A stretch of 64,000 nt of DNA from Spirochaetia bacterium (lineage in GTDB: Bacteria > Spirochaetota > Spirochaetia > DSM-2461). The stretch is taken from NCBI GenBank assembly GCA_963666985.2, contig CAXXIA010000002.1, forward strand, positions 1,632,001-1,696,000. The letters are read 5' to 3'. A program made the translations under genes and the position numbers. This document shows, in pieces, positions 29,325 through 38,921 of the stretch; the stretch's first letter is position 1; every line of letters starts with the position of its first letter. Below the pieces are notes generated by a model. The model worked only from the letters and a program-made list of their open reading frames with translations. It did not search any database and was not told the DNA's origin.

Positions 29325-30506
29325 ATGGCTAGAAAACTTTCCTTTGGAGCTGCTGCGGCTCTAATAACGGCATTAATCGTCCTCGCCTGCTCCGATCCTT
29401 CCGGTCTGCATTCGACGATTACGTTATATCCGGAAAATCCCGATTCCGAACCTTACGATTCCGACGATCCTTATGATTTTCCGGACGGCGTAAGTTATAT
29501 GGTCTATGCGAATGTGGAAAACACCATCTATCGTTTCGCCATCGACGACTCTTCTGTGGACGGCTGTGACGTCGTCGCCGAAAATGTGGATTCCCGAAAC
29601 CCAATCTTTTCGGTCTCGGAAGATAATAAATACATCGCTTTCACACGAAGTACCGATGAAGACGGAAATTCGGGATATTTCCTCGTTGTAAAAAATCTGG
29701 ACTCCGATACGGAAACTTACGTCGTAAAAACGACCTCCACTCAGTCCCTTTATCGGGAATTCCTCATTGCCGGAAATAATCTTGTTTTCTCCAATGAGGG
29801 ATACCTTGAAAGCCGGCCCCTCGCTTCCGCCGAGACCGACGAATCATCGGTAGACATTAACCAAGACAGAACAAACCAAATTTACTGCAGCCACACCCTT
29901 AATTACGGTTACGATGGATACCTCACCTTCCTCGAACAAAGTTCTGTTGAAGAAGTCACCGCCATAGTCCACCTACTTCCCTACGATGCCTCAACTCCCG
30001 AACCCGCGAGTTGCGAAACGCCGACCCTTACCTATGAAAATAAAGTCTTTTCATCCCAGGTTTATCCGGTTAATTTCGAAAACAGAGGCCTCATGGCCCT
30101 TGCTTCTCCGGATACAGCCGGTAATGCAATCCAAAATAATTTCGGTGGCGGCCAAAAAGAAGATACTGTTCTTTGCGACGATACAACAGCGGTGGAATTT
30201 AATAAAATCTACCAAACGCCGCTTGGAACCTGGAATTTTCTGTACGGCGGCGATTCGGTGTATTGGTTTAAGAGCGCAGATCGGACCGCTACCGGTGATT
30301 TATCTGTTTCCGGGCGGGATTTCGCCTCGGATATCGAATGGATAAAAGCCACACCGGATGAAGATTACGTTCTGATGCAGGATACTCATGGTATTTGGGT
30401 GTACCAATACGATGAAAGTCAGGATTCTTTCGACCAGCTCTACTGCACCTATGAATGGCTGAACCAAGAAGATGAGGTTCTTTGGATAGAAATTACCGAC
30501 AATTAA
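29325..30506 (+). CDS. Hypothetical acidic lipoprotein
   Basis: Lipobox IVLAC after AAGGA RBS; beta-rich, possibly propeller-like. Confidence 0.65.
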   Translation: MARKLSFGAAAALITALIVLACSDPSGLHSTITLYPENPDSEPYDSDDPYDFPDGVSYMVYANVENTIYRFAIDDSSVDGCDVVAENVDSRNPIFSVSEDNKYIAFTRSTDEDGNSGYFLVVKNLDSDTETYVVKTTSTQSLYREFLIAGNNLVFSNEGYLESRPLASAETDESSVDINQDRTNQIYCSHTLNYGYDGYLTFLEQSSVEEVTAIVHLLPYDASTPEPASCETPTLTYENKVFSSQVYPVNFENRGLMALASPDTAGNAIQNNFGGGQKEDTVLCDDTTAVEFNKIYQTPLGTWNFLYGGDSVYWFKSADRTATGDLSVSGRDFASDIEWIKATPDEDYVLMQDTHGIWVYQYDESQDSFDQLYCTYEWLNQEDEVLWIEITDN

Positions 30507-30565
30507 TGCTATCCTCAAAGGCCTGTAGAAAAACTCATTGAATAAGAAGGCCTGGATATACCTTT

Positions 30566-31009
30566 ATGCTGTTCGGTAACAAAGAGAATACAAGCGCCGA
30601 GGATTTCTGGCGAAGCAAAGAAGAAGAACTCGGGGAACCGGTCCTTGGAAAAACACTGGGCCGAATCACCGGAGAAAAAAACTCCGTACCCATTTGGGGC
30701 TTGTTTTACACCACGGCCAAAGCCGTCTATTTCCAAACCTTCGAATCCCAGAACTGGCTGTCGATGATCTTCTCAGGCGGAAAAGCCGGCAGCCGAACAA
30801 AAAACGAAACGCTGGAAATCATGGAAAAAGACATCCGGGTCTTTGCCGTCCGGTCCCAAAAAGGCGGATTGCTGCGCTTCATGCGCCAGCCGCCGCAGAT
30901 TGAACTGATCTGGACGAATCCCATAACAGGCAATACGTCGGAAATGCTCTTCGACATGGAAGGCGACGCCGAAGCCTTCGTGGCCACATTGCCCAGAACA
31001 ACCGGCTGA
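30566..31009 (+). CDS. Hypothetical protein
   Basis: 147-aa ORF with protein-like composition filling the gap before hisE. Confidence 0.6.
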   Translation: MLFGNKENTSAEDFWRSKEEELGEPVLGKTLGRITGEKNSVPIWGLFYTTAKAVYFQTFESQNWLSMIFSGGKAGSRTKNETLEIMEKDIRVFAVRSQKGGLLRFMRQPPQIELIWTNPITGNTSEMLFDMEGDAEAFVATLPRTTG

Positions 31010-31102
31010 CCGGTACCGCACCGCTTAGGCGCACAGCTGCCCCTGAAATCCGCCTCTCCGTTTAAAACCCGCCGCCCCAAACTCCGCCGATTTCTCCCGC
31101 GC

Positions 31103-31744
31103 TCACCCGTGACGCCGATCCAGCTCCCCCAGAACATCCGCCCAGCTCAAATCCGAAGCCTCCAGAAGAACCAGAAGGTGGTAAACCAAATCCGCCGCCT
31201 CGTAAACAACATCCTTCGGCTCCCTGGCCAGCAGCAGCTCCACGGCCTCCTCGCCCGCCTTCTTCCGAATCTTGTCCAACCCCTTTTCAAACAAAAGCGT
31301 CGTGTACGACCCCTCCGGCATGCTCTCTCTTCGCTCAGCAATAACATCCGCCAGTTTTTGGATGACCCCCGAGGGCCCGCCCTCGGGGTCGAAGCGGCCC
31401 TTCATGCCGGCCCCGTCATCCGGTCCGGCATCTCTTCCGATACCCCCGTTCATGGCCGAACGGTCGTCGGGATCAATCACCGGCGGAAGGGCCGGGCCGA
31501 ACGGCTGCGAAACAGCCCCCTCGGGCAGAACCAAATCGAATCGGCCCGGCCCTTCACTCAGCGATACAAACACAGGGTCGCCGGGCCAGCTTAAAACCCT
31601 GCCCGTGGCCGGATGAACCACCCAGGGAACGCCCGTTTCCAGACTCTTCCTGTAAGCCTTTCGGTTCATCAAAGCCGCGGCCGCCGCCTTCTCTCCGGAA
31701 CCGAAACGAACCAGAACCGGCCAGGCGACATCGTTCGTGCTCAT
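31103..31744 (-). CDS. hisE: Phosphoribosyl-ATP diphosphatase with degenerate HisI-like N-terminus
   Basis: PEGSYTTLLF, KKAGEEAVE, EAADLVYHLLVLL; start overlaps the hisA stop. Confidence 0.88.
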   Translation of the reverse strand: MSTNDVAWPVLVRFGSGEKAAAAALMNRKAYRKSLETGVPWVVHPATGRVLSWPGDPVFVSLSEGPGRFDLVLPEGAVSQPFGPALPPVIDPDDRSAMNGGIGRDAGPDDGAGMKGRFDPEGGPSGVIQKLADVIAERRESMPEGSYTTLLFEKGLDKIRKKAGEEAVELLLAREPKDVVYEAADLVYHLLVLLEASDLSWADVLGELDRRHG

Positions 31745-32469
31745 CGCGTTCCTCCTAAGAGGCCGACCGCTTCCTTTAAATCGATACAGCCTTCATAAAG
31801 AGCCTTACCGAAAATCACGCCGGTCACACCCTCCGGAGGATCCGCCGCCAGGGAGCGAAGATCGTCCATGCCGCTTACGCCGCCGGAAATCACCACGGGC
31901 AGACCCGAAGCCTTGGCCACAGCGACCGTCTCCGGAACATTCGGACCCGTCAGAGTTCCGTCCCGGGAAATGTCGGTATAGATAATCTCCGCCATTCCGA
32001 TGTCCCGGGCCTTCATCGCCAAATCCGTCGCCCGCAGAGCCGACGATGTTTCCCAGCCGGAAATCATCACCTCGCCGTCGCGGGCGTCGATACCCGCGGC
32101 CAGAACTCCCGGTGCATAGGCGGCCCAACGGGCCACCTCGACGGTATCTTTGGCAAGGGCCGTTCCCACAATCATCAAATCGACGCCGAGATCTTCCAGG
32201 GCTTTCACGTCGTCAAGACTCCGGATGCCGCCGCCCACATCCAAAATGCCGGGAAACGCCTTGCGAACGGCCGCAATCACGGTCCGGTTGTCGCCCACGC
32301 CCCGGGCGGCGTCCAAGTCCACCAGATGAAGCCTTCTCACGCCGGCTTCCGCAAACCCCGCGGCGACGCCCGCGGGGTCATCCTTATAAATCTTTGCCGT
32401 ATTGAATAACCCTTCGGTCAGTCGGACGCAGCGACCTTCAATAAGGTCAATAGCCGGTATTGCAATCAT
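31741..32469 (-). CDS. hisA: ProFAR isomerase
   Basis: IPAIDLIEGRCVRL, HLVDLD, GGGIR, YTDISRDGTLTG, SGGV, GKALY; likely start 32469. Confidence 0.95.
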   Translation of the reverse strand: MIAIPAIDLIEGRCVRLTEGLFNTAKIYKDDPAGVAAGFAEAGVRRLHLVDLDAARGVGDNRTVIAAVRKAFPGILDVGGGIRSLDDVKALEDLGVDLMIVGTALAKDTVEVARWAAYAPGVLAAGIDARDGEVMISGWETSSALRATDLAMKARDIGMAEIIYTDISRDGTLTGPNVPETVAVAKASGLPVVISGGVSGMDDLRSLAADPPEGVTGVIFGKALYEGCIDLKEAVGLLGGTR

Positions 32470-32515
32470 ATATCCAAGTATAGCCCGCATCCGCCGGCAT
32501 GAGGAGACTCGCCGG

Positions 32516-32534
32516 TTTTCCGGCGGCCGGAAAA
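32516..32534. terminator. Candidate intrinsic terminator hairpin
   Basis: TTTTCCGG-CGG-CCGGAAAA downstream of 32587..33189. Confidence 0.4.
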
Positions 32535-32586
32535 TCATTATTGAACTTTGCCCACAACCGCCTGATACAGATTCTTGTAGAAGATG

Positions 32587-33189
32587 TTATTTCGACTCTC
32601 CAGAGATAATTGCCGCAAGATCCGTCTTTATTTCATCAAGCCACCGGGTTCTTTCATCTTCAGTACTGTCCGCAATAATCCTGAAAAGCCGGCGATGATA
32701 TTTCCGAATACCCAGGAAGCCGAAAACGCACTTTTTCCAGATGCTTTCCAGCGGATCTCCGAAATAGCCATCCTCCCGTTCGGCTTGCGTGTTCCCCGTG
32801 TTATAGACAATTCCATATTTCCCGTTCAGTTTTTCTATAGGTAAACCACCACCGGTGTCATCTTGGGAAAAATCATAGGCATAGGGAGGGCGAATCACCC
32901 GATCGATATACCCTTTCAAAATGGCCGGCGGCTGCCCCCACCAGTTCGGGTGGATAAAAATAAGTAAATCCGATTCCAGCAGCTCTTCGGCATACTGAAG
33001 CACCAAAGGATCTTCGGATGTATCGGAACCCAATTCACTCACGGTTAAAACAGGATTGAATTGTTCCTGGTATAAATCATGAGCGAAAACAGTCACCCCT
33101 TTTTGTTCCAGAGTCTCAACCGCTGTTGTGAAAATGGCATGGTTAAAACTTTTGGGATAAGGATGAGCCAGAAAAACGCTTGCCTTCAT
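32587..33189 (-). CDS. NAD(P)H-dependent oxidoreductase, flavodoxin-like (NAD(P)H:quinone reductase family)
   Basis: AHPYPKSFN, DLYQEQFNP, HPNWWGQPPAILKGYIDRV. Confidence 0.9.
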   Translation of the reverse strand: MKASVFLAHPYPKSFNHAIFTTAVETLEQKGVTVFAHDLYQEQFNPVLTVSELGSDTSEDPLVLQYAEELLESDLLIFIHPNWWGQPPAILKGYIDRVIRPPYAYDFSQDDTGGGLPIEKLNGKYGIVYNTGNTQAEREDGYFGDPLESIWKKCVFGFLGIRKYHRRLFRIIADSTEDERTRWLDEIKTDLAAIISGESK

Positions 33190-33261
33190 TTGTATTTCCT
33201 TTGCTCTTTAAGCAATATCTCGCGGTGAATATAAAACCGTTAACGATAATCCTGCAAATAG

Positions 33262-33783
33262 CTAACCGGATACGCCGCTTGGTGGCGAGAACCGGGCATC
33301 CAGAAGCTCCCGGATGCAGGAGCACTTGGGCCGTTTGGGATTAACCAGTACCGAGATTTTCCTGTTTTGCTTCAGATATTCCGTGTATTTATTCGAGACA
33401 AGAACACTGGCTTTCCCAGCAAATTCCTGGCCTGAATAACTAAACGTATACAGAATCAGACCCGCGCCGCTTCCGTTCATGTTATCCATTGTGAGACTTT
33501 TTCCGGGAACAAGCTCTCCCCGGGAGCAAAGACGTGAAAACCTGATAATCCGAAACAGGCCAATAATCAGAAAGATCATCGTTACAAGAACCGCTGCGCC
33601 CGTATAAAGAATCCGGGACGATCCTGTAAAATCAATACTGTACATCAGTCCATGCTCCCGTGCGGGAATCCAGCCCGTAAAGGAACCGAAGAGAAGAACA
33701 AGCCATATCAAAACCGGATACAAAAGGCAATTTGTTGTGACTGAATCATTCAGAATCTGTTTTCCAAAACTGTATTTAACCAA
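33262..33783 (-). CDS. Hypothetical membrane protein
   Basis: Two TM segments followed by YTFSYSGQEF...VLVNPKRP; start uncertain (TTG 33783 overlaps the upstream stop). Confidence 0.55.
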   Translation of the reverse strand: MVKYSFGKQILNDSVTTNCLLYPVLIWLVLLFGSFTGWIPAREHGLMYSIDFTGSSRILYTGAAVLVTMIFLIIGLFRIIRFSRLCSRGELVPGKSLTMDNMNGSGAGLILYTFSYSGQEFAGKASVLVSNKYTEYLKQNRKISVLVNPKRPKCSCIRELLDARFSPPSGVSG

Positions 33784-34297
33784 GAGCGTTCCCGTCCTTT
33801 TCCACCAAACCCAGGCTCTCCCGAAGTTTATCCTCTGCAATCCGGGCCTCGATCCAAAATGGAATATTTACAAGAGCTAAACCAAAGGGAGCTAAAACCA
33901 GACCCACAAGAAGCATGGGTTCAAAGGATTCGGCAATCAACGTAACGATAATCGCAGCTGTTGCCACGAAAAAGGCCGGGATTGTTCCGGTAAACCATAC
34001 AATCATGAAAACCAGTACAAACCTGTGCAAACGAAACAGAAGCTCAAGTTCTGTTCCGTCTTCAATTTCATGGATACGTCCGATGAGAATCGGCAAAAAG
34101 CTGTTCCGGTAATGGATTATGCGGTGAATCCTGAACTCCTCCGCACCTACCTCACCACAGAAAATATGCCGACCGTCTTTGGGGTATTGAAACGTGAAGA
34201 GCTTTTGGGCGGACGTTATTGAACGGATTCGCGTATTCAGCTCTTCCGCCGATAAAGATGTTTTCAGTACAACCCTCTTTCTTGGAATCAAACGCAT
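33776..34297 (-). CDS. Hypothetical membrane protein
   Basis: 173-aa ORF with two C-terminal TM helices. Confidence 0.6.
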   Translation of the reverse strand: MRLIPRKRVVLKTSLSAEELNTRIRSITSAQKLFTFQYPKDGRHIFCGEVGAEEFRIHRIIHYRNSFLPILIGRIHEIEDGTELELLFRLHRFVLVFMIVWFTGTIPAFFVATAAIIVTLIAESFEPMLLVGLVLAPFGLALVNIPFWIEARIAEDKLRESLGLVEKDGNALG

Positions 34298-34310
34298 TCT
34301 AAAATCATAC

Positions 34311-34460
34311 TAGAGAGGCTCTTTCAAAAATAGTGGATTTGCGTTGTAGACAAGGCCGCCGGAGCGCAGAAAGCGCAGTGTAGTCGCTCTACATGAGCAT
34401 TTCGAGCACCGCCGAACGCTGTATACGAGTCACAAAGACGCATTTTTGAAATAGCCCCTA
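34311..34460. mobile_element. MITE-like element, copy 1 (~150 bp)
   Basis: Terminal inverted repeats GGCTCTTTCAAAAAT (34317-34331) and ATTTTTGAAATAGCC (34442-34456); TA at both ends; internal TGTAG-N5-CTACA hairpin; related to 53001-53092. Confidence 0.7.
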
Positions 34461-34847
34461 GACTTGCACATCGAATCCCAAGTCAACTTCAGAGGCGGGG
34501 ATTCCGCCCCGAATGCCCCAGTTTTCCAAAGGAACTTCGTGAAGCACGATAAAAACATCCACCGGGGATATTCCCAATTCTCCCAGATTCCCGACTATGT
34601 TCCGGTATAAATTCTTTTTGGCTTCAGGGCTTCTCCCGGCAAACAGGGTTATTTCCACGAGTGTAAAATTCAGGGTTTTTCCGGGCGGCACCTGAAAGTC
34701 CTCCGGAGAATAGGAAACAAACCGGATGTTTCTGTCTTCCTCAAGGATTCCAAGGGCTTCCCTGAGGGCGGAATGAACAGCATTGAACAGGTTTTTCTTT
34801 TCTGCGACTTTTAAAGATCGTCTTGTCTCGATTTTCACCAGCGGCAT
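34458..34847 (-). CDS. Tautomerase family protein
   Basis: N-terminal (M)P, ITLFAGRSPEAKK, ENWGIRGG. Confidence 0.85.
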   Translation of the reverse strand: MPLVKIETRRSLKVAEKKNLFNAVHSALREALGILEEDRNIRFVSYSPEDFQVPPGKTLNFTLVEITLFAGRSPEAKKNLYRNIVGNLGELGISPVDVFIVLHEVPLENWGIRGGIPASEVDLGFDVQV

Positions 34848-34956
34848 TGGGTTCTCCCATTATTCTTACTTGCTCAATAATATCTTACCCATTAATCTTT
34901 TAAAACGTATAATTGTTCATTCTTCGTTAACCTTGGTTCTGCTTAAGGAGACAACG

Positions 34957-36626
34957 ATGTTTGGCAATATCTTTTTTTATCAAAGACTTGGCCGTTCAAA
35001 ACGATTTCTCATCTCTATAGTAATTCTGTTTTTTTCCTTGTCGCCATTATTCAGTACGGTCATAACCGTCGCCGATTTCGATGTACAGACCTCGGAAGAG
35101 AAATACCGTTTTGTCGGTAAAGGTATATCAGCACTTCTCGCGAATAAACTCAGACAGTCCAGGGCCATTAATCTCGTAGAAAGAGAAAAACTCAATGAAA
35201 TCTTCAAGGAACACGAATTGTCCCTTTCGGGAGTTACTCAAGGTGAAATTCAGTTGGGCGACTTTCTTGATGTGATCTTATCGTTGTCGGTGAAATCCTT
35301 GATATGGGGGATACCTTCCTTATCGATGTTCGGCTCGTGGATATAGAAACCGGTGAAATAGTCTGGTCGGATTCCATAGCCGAAAAACTGAGCCGATACG
35401 ATTTCATTGGTACATACTTTGCCGAAGGAATACTTTCCGAATTTGAAGAAGAAAAAGAAGAGGCAACGACCGGCCGGGTGGCCGAAGAACAAGAGAAAAA
35501 TGAAGAAGCCTTGATTGCCCTGTCGGAAGGTATCGAGGCTTACGACCGGGGAGACGAAAAGAGGGCTAAGGAGAAGCTGAGCAAATCGAACGCTATTGAT
35601 CCGAAAAATGAAGTCACGGCTTACTACTTGTCGAAACTGGTTGTGAACACATCAAGATTCAAGTCACGGCTTGAACCTTTTACAACGTATCAAAATCCCG
35701 CGTTTCTCGGAATTATAAGAACCGACACTATATTGTTTTCGGCAAATCTTCCCCCGGGTTATACCTTTACATCCCTGAGCAATAACCGGATAGACGGTTT
35801 TAACATGACTGAATTTGATACTGATAAATATATTTCCGAAGAGTCGTTTAATATGCTGCTGAGCTATTCGGCTCCTTTAGGGGAAAAATGGGGTTTGCGA
35901 ACATCAATATCAATGTCAGGATTTTCGGACAGACCCTGGGAAAGCTCCTATACAGCATCCAACACTGTTAGTCGTGTCGCCGATGGAATACTTGCAGATG
36001 TCGGCTACTCATTCACAAACAATTGGTCTTTGGGTATCGGATTAGGCGTTTATGTCTCTTCCTATGCCGACCGGGGACCTGCCGCTCCCTTTGTTCAGCC
36101 TGATAAAGCGGTTTATATGGGAACTCTTGGCATGCTGTACCGGACTTTGGACGAAAAACTTATATTCGACAGTTCAATCAGTTTGAGCAGTGAAACTTAC
36201 GATACTATCGACGAGACGACTTTGCAAAAAACAGACGAAGTCATGACTCCTTTTCTGTGGGAAAATACATTGACTTGGTCCTTCAATAAAAAACGGTCTT
36301 CTCTCATTGTGAAGCAGCAAAATTCCATTTGTTTTGATCGTATCTCTTATTACGGAACTCTTGCGCCTGCTTTCGAACAAGTCGCTTCCAATTGGTTTGC
36401 CGTCAGAGCGGGCGGAGAAATCTCTTTTGCCCAACTCAATACATCATCACAAGTCGGGTATGGAGGACTAATCGGTTTTTCATTCTTTAATCCGAAGAGA
36501 ACCTTTGAATTCGATCTCAATACAACCTATAGATTAAGACCCTCAAGGGCCATTGAAGAACTTCTCTATCCGGATTTCATTCTTCATATTGCCTTTGTCT
36601 TTAACGATATAGCTTTATCCAGATAA
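34957..36626 (+). pseudogene. Frameshifted CsgG/HfaB-like + helical + probable beta-barrel protein
   Basis: AAGGAG RBS, signal peptide, VADFD...LVEREKL. The reading QLGDFLD-x-DLIVVGEILDMGDTFLIDVRLVDIETGEIV needs one extra base at ~35272. Could equally be a sequencing error. Confidence 0.7.
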
Positions 36627-36654
36627 CAGCGTCGGAAAAGAATATTTATTTCGG

Positions 36655-37662
36655 CTACTCCAGCCTCGTCTCCGCCACTCTCCAGGGCAGAGTTTTACCG
36701 GCCATCAGCGGCACGCAGCCTTCGCTTTCGGAGGGAACCGTCCAGGGCTGCCGCTCCAGAACGGTCACGCCTGAATTAGGCCCAACCCTGTAAAAATCAC
36801 GGCCGAAGTCGCAGAGAAAGGGCCGCAGCCTCTCCAAGGCGCCGGCCTCTTCAAACCAGGAAGCCAAAGCCGGCAAAATCATGGGCGCGGAATAAACACC
36901 GGCGGGCGGAGCGGAGGACTCCTTGCGGGCCCTCGGATGAGGCGCGCTGTCGGAACCGAAAAAGAAGCGCTTATCTCCCGAAAGAACGCGTTCCCGAACG
37001 GCTTCTCTGTCCGCGACGGTTTTCACTATCGGTTTGCAGAAAAGATGAGGATTCAAAAGTCCGCCCAAAAGATCGTCGACGGTAAAAAGAAGATGCTGCA
37101 CCGTAACGGTCGCGGCGGTGGGTCCGGAATCATCGGCCACGGCGGCCGCGCCTTCGGCGGAAGAAACATGTTCGAGGATTATTCGAAGCCGGGGAAACGC
37201 GCGGCGAATTTCTTTAAAAACCGGCAGAAAAGCCGCCTCGCGCTCGAAAACAGGCGCCTCGGGTTTTTCTCCATGAAAGCAGAGAACCAAATCCCGCCTT
37301 TCCATGGCGGCCAGAGCCTCTTCAGCCGTTCTCCAGTCCGTAAGTCCTCCGGTGCTGTTCGTCGTGGCTCCGTCCGGGTAGTACTTCCCGGCCACAACCC
37401 CGGCTGCGGCATGAGCGTCAATCTCGTCGGCGCTCATGCCGGGCATCAGACGAAAAGCCGTATGGACGGTCAGCCCGGGAGCGGCCGCCTCGGCGCGCCG
37501 CCGATAGTCAAGTACATCGCGGGGAGAGACAAGCGGCGGAACGGTGTTCGGCATGGCAAGGATACGGCCGAACGCGGAGTGGGCGCGGGCGTAATCGGCA
37601 AGTTCCGGTCCCTGACGTAAATGAACGTGCCAATCGTCAGGACGCGGCAGTTCGAGAATCAC
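36655..37662 (-). CDS. pyrC: Dihydroorotase (E. coli-like type)
   Basis: PDDWHVHLR, MPNTVPP, KYYPDGATTNS, FCKP, GSDSAPH; GTG start overlaps the upstream TGA. Confidence 0.93.
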   Translation of the reverse strand: MILELPRPDDWHVHLRQGPELADYARAHSAFGRILAMPNTVPPLVSPRDVLDYRRRAEAAAPGLTVHTAFRLMPGMSADEIDAHAAAGVVAGKYYPDGATTNSTGGLTDWRTAEEALAAMERRDLVLCFHGEKPEAPVFEREAAFLPVFKEIRRAFPRLRIILEHVSSAEGAAAVADDSGPTAATVTVQHLLFTVDDLLGGLLNPHLFCKPIVKTVADREAVRERVLSGDKRFFFGSDSAPHPRARKESSAPPAGVYSAPMILPALASWFEEAGALERLRPFLCDFGRDFYRVGPNSGVTVLERQPWTVPSESEGCVPLMAGKTLPWRVAETRLE

Positions 37663-38648
37663 GGCGTCATCGTCCGGACAACACGTCCGCGTCTGTCGAT
37701 CAAAGCGATGTTCTCCCCGTCCATCACCAAGGCCCGGCCGTCCCGGAATCCTTCGGCATAGGTAAAACGCGCTCCGATGACAGTCTCGCCTTTTCGGTTG
37801 ATGTAACCCACGAACCCGCCGATTTCCACCGGAGCCAGCCCCTCGGAAAAATCCCCGGCCCATTCAAACAACGGCGGGATCACCTCATCACCCCGCCTGT
37901 TCAGATATCCGGCAAGACCGTCTCGAACAAACAGGGCCCGGCCTTCGCGGAACGGGGCGGCGAAGTTATATTCCGCGGGAATAACCGTTTTACCGCTTCT
38001 GTTGATAAAACCGCCCTTATCGCCGCTCACCGTCAGGGCCAGTCCGTCCGAGTAATCTTGGGCGAACCGATATTCCGGCGGAACAGTCTCCCGGCCGCCG
38101 CGATTAACGAATCCGTATCGGCCGTCTTTAACCACAAGGGCCCTTCCTTCGGAAAAGGGGCCCGCCAAATCGTAATCATGCCTGAAAACCGTTCGTCCCC
38201 GGCGGTTGATATAAGCTCCGCCTTCGCCGTCCCGAACCGAGGCCAGTCCTTCGGAGAAATCACCGGCCTTGCGCCAAACGGGTTTAACCGCCCAGCGGCC
38301 GCGCCGATTCAGATATCCGGCGAACTCTCCGTTCGATGGAACGGCCATGGCCCGTTTCTGCGAAAAGGAGCCTCCGACCGAATATTGGGCCGGAACAACC
38401 GTCTTTCCGCGGGGATTGATCCAGCCGCCCAGGCCGTCAATCACCACAAGGGCCCTCTTCTCGGAAAAATCATCGGCTTCTTCGAAAATCGGGGCGATTG
38501 CCTCGCGTCCCCGTCGGTCGACGAAACCGACGCCGTCGTCCTCGTACAGACGAAAATATCGGGGTCCTTTGCAGGAAATCGCGGAAAAAGACGCGCTCAG
38601 GGATAAAATCACGATAAGAACGGTTGTAAACAGACGGCGAAGCGGCAT
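37659..38648 (-). CDS. WG-repeat-containing putative lipoprotein
   Basis: Multiple ~35-aa repeats of G-[FY]-[IV]-N-R-x-G...FSEG-x-A; signal peptide ending SAISC. Confidence 0.88.
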   Translation of the reverse strand: MPLRRLFTTVLIVILSLSASFSAISCKGPRYFRLYEDDGVGFVDRRGREAIAPIFEEADDFSEKRALVVIDGLGGWINPRGKTVVPAQYSVGGSFSQKRAMAVPSNGEFAGYLNRRGRWAVKPVWRKAGDFSEGLASVRDGEGGAYINRRGRTVFRHDYDLAGPFSEGRALVVKDGRYGFVNRGGRETVPPEYRFAQDYSDGLALTVSGDKGGFINRSGKTVIPAEYNFAAPFREGRALFVRDGLAGYLNRRGDEVIPPLFEWAGDFSEGLAPVEIGGFVGYINRKGETVIGARFTYAEGFRDGRALVMDGENIALIDRRGRVVRTMTP

Positions 38649-38921
38649 GGTCCACACTATAGCCCGGCGCCCCGATAACGGTCTATGATGGTTCTGTTCC
38701 GCCGGGGAGCCGGCGGTGAAAAGTTCGGCGGAAATTGCAGGACTCGGATGCAATTCAAGCGGGTCCGCGCCGCCGAAAAAGAACGCCGGGAAACCGGCGA
38801 TCGGCGGACAAAGGCGGCTGAACCGTGCCTCCGGGCCGTTGAAAAACAACCTTGCGGCGCATTCCGCCGCAATTCAAAGAATACGGCGCGCCCGCCGAGC
38901 GCGCGAAAGGGCCGAATAACA

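Noticed and set aside
37659..38648. Repetitive DNA suggesting an array
   Set aside because: Explained by protein-level WG repeats; there are no identical repeats with unique spacers.
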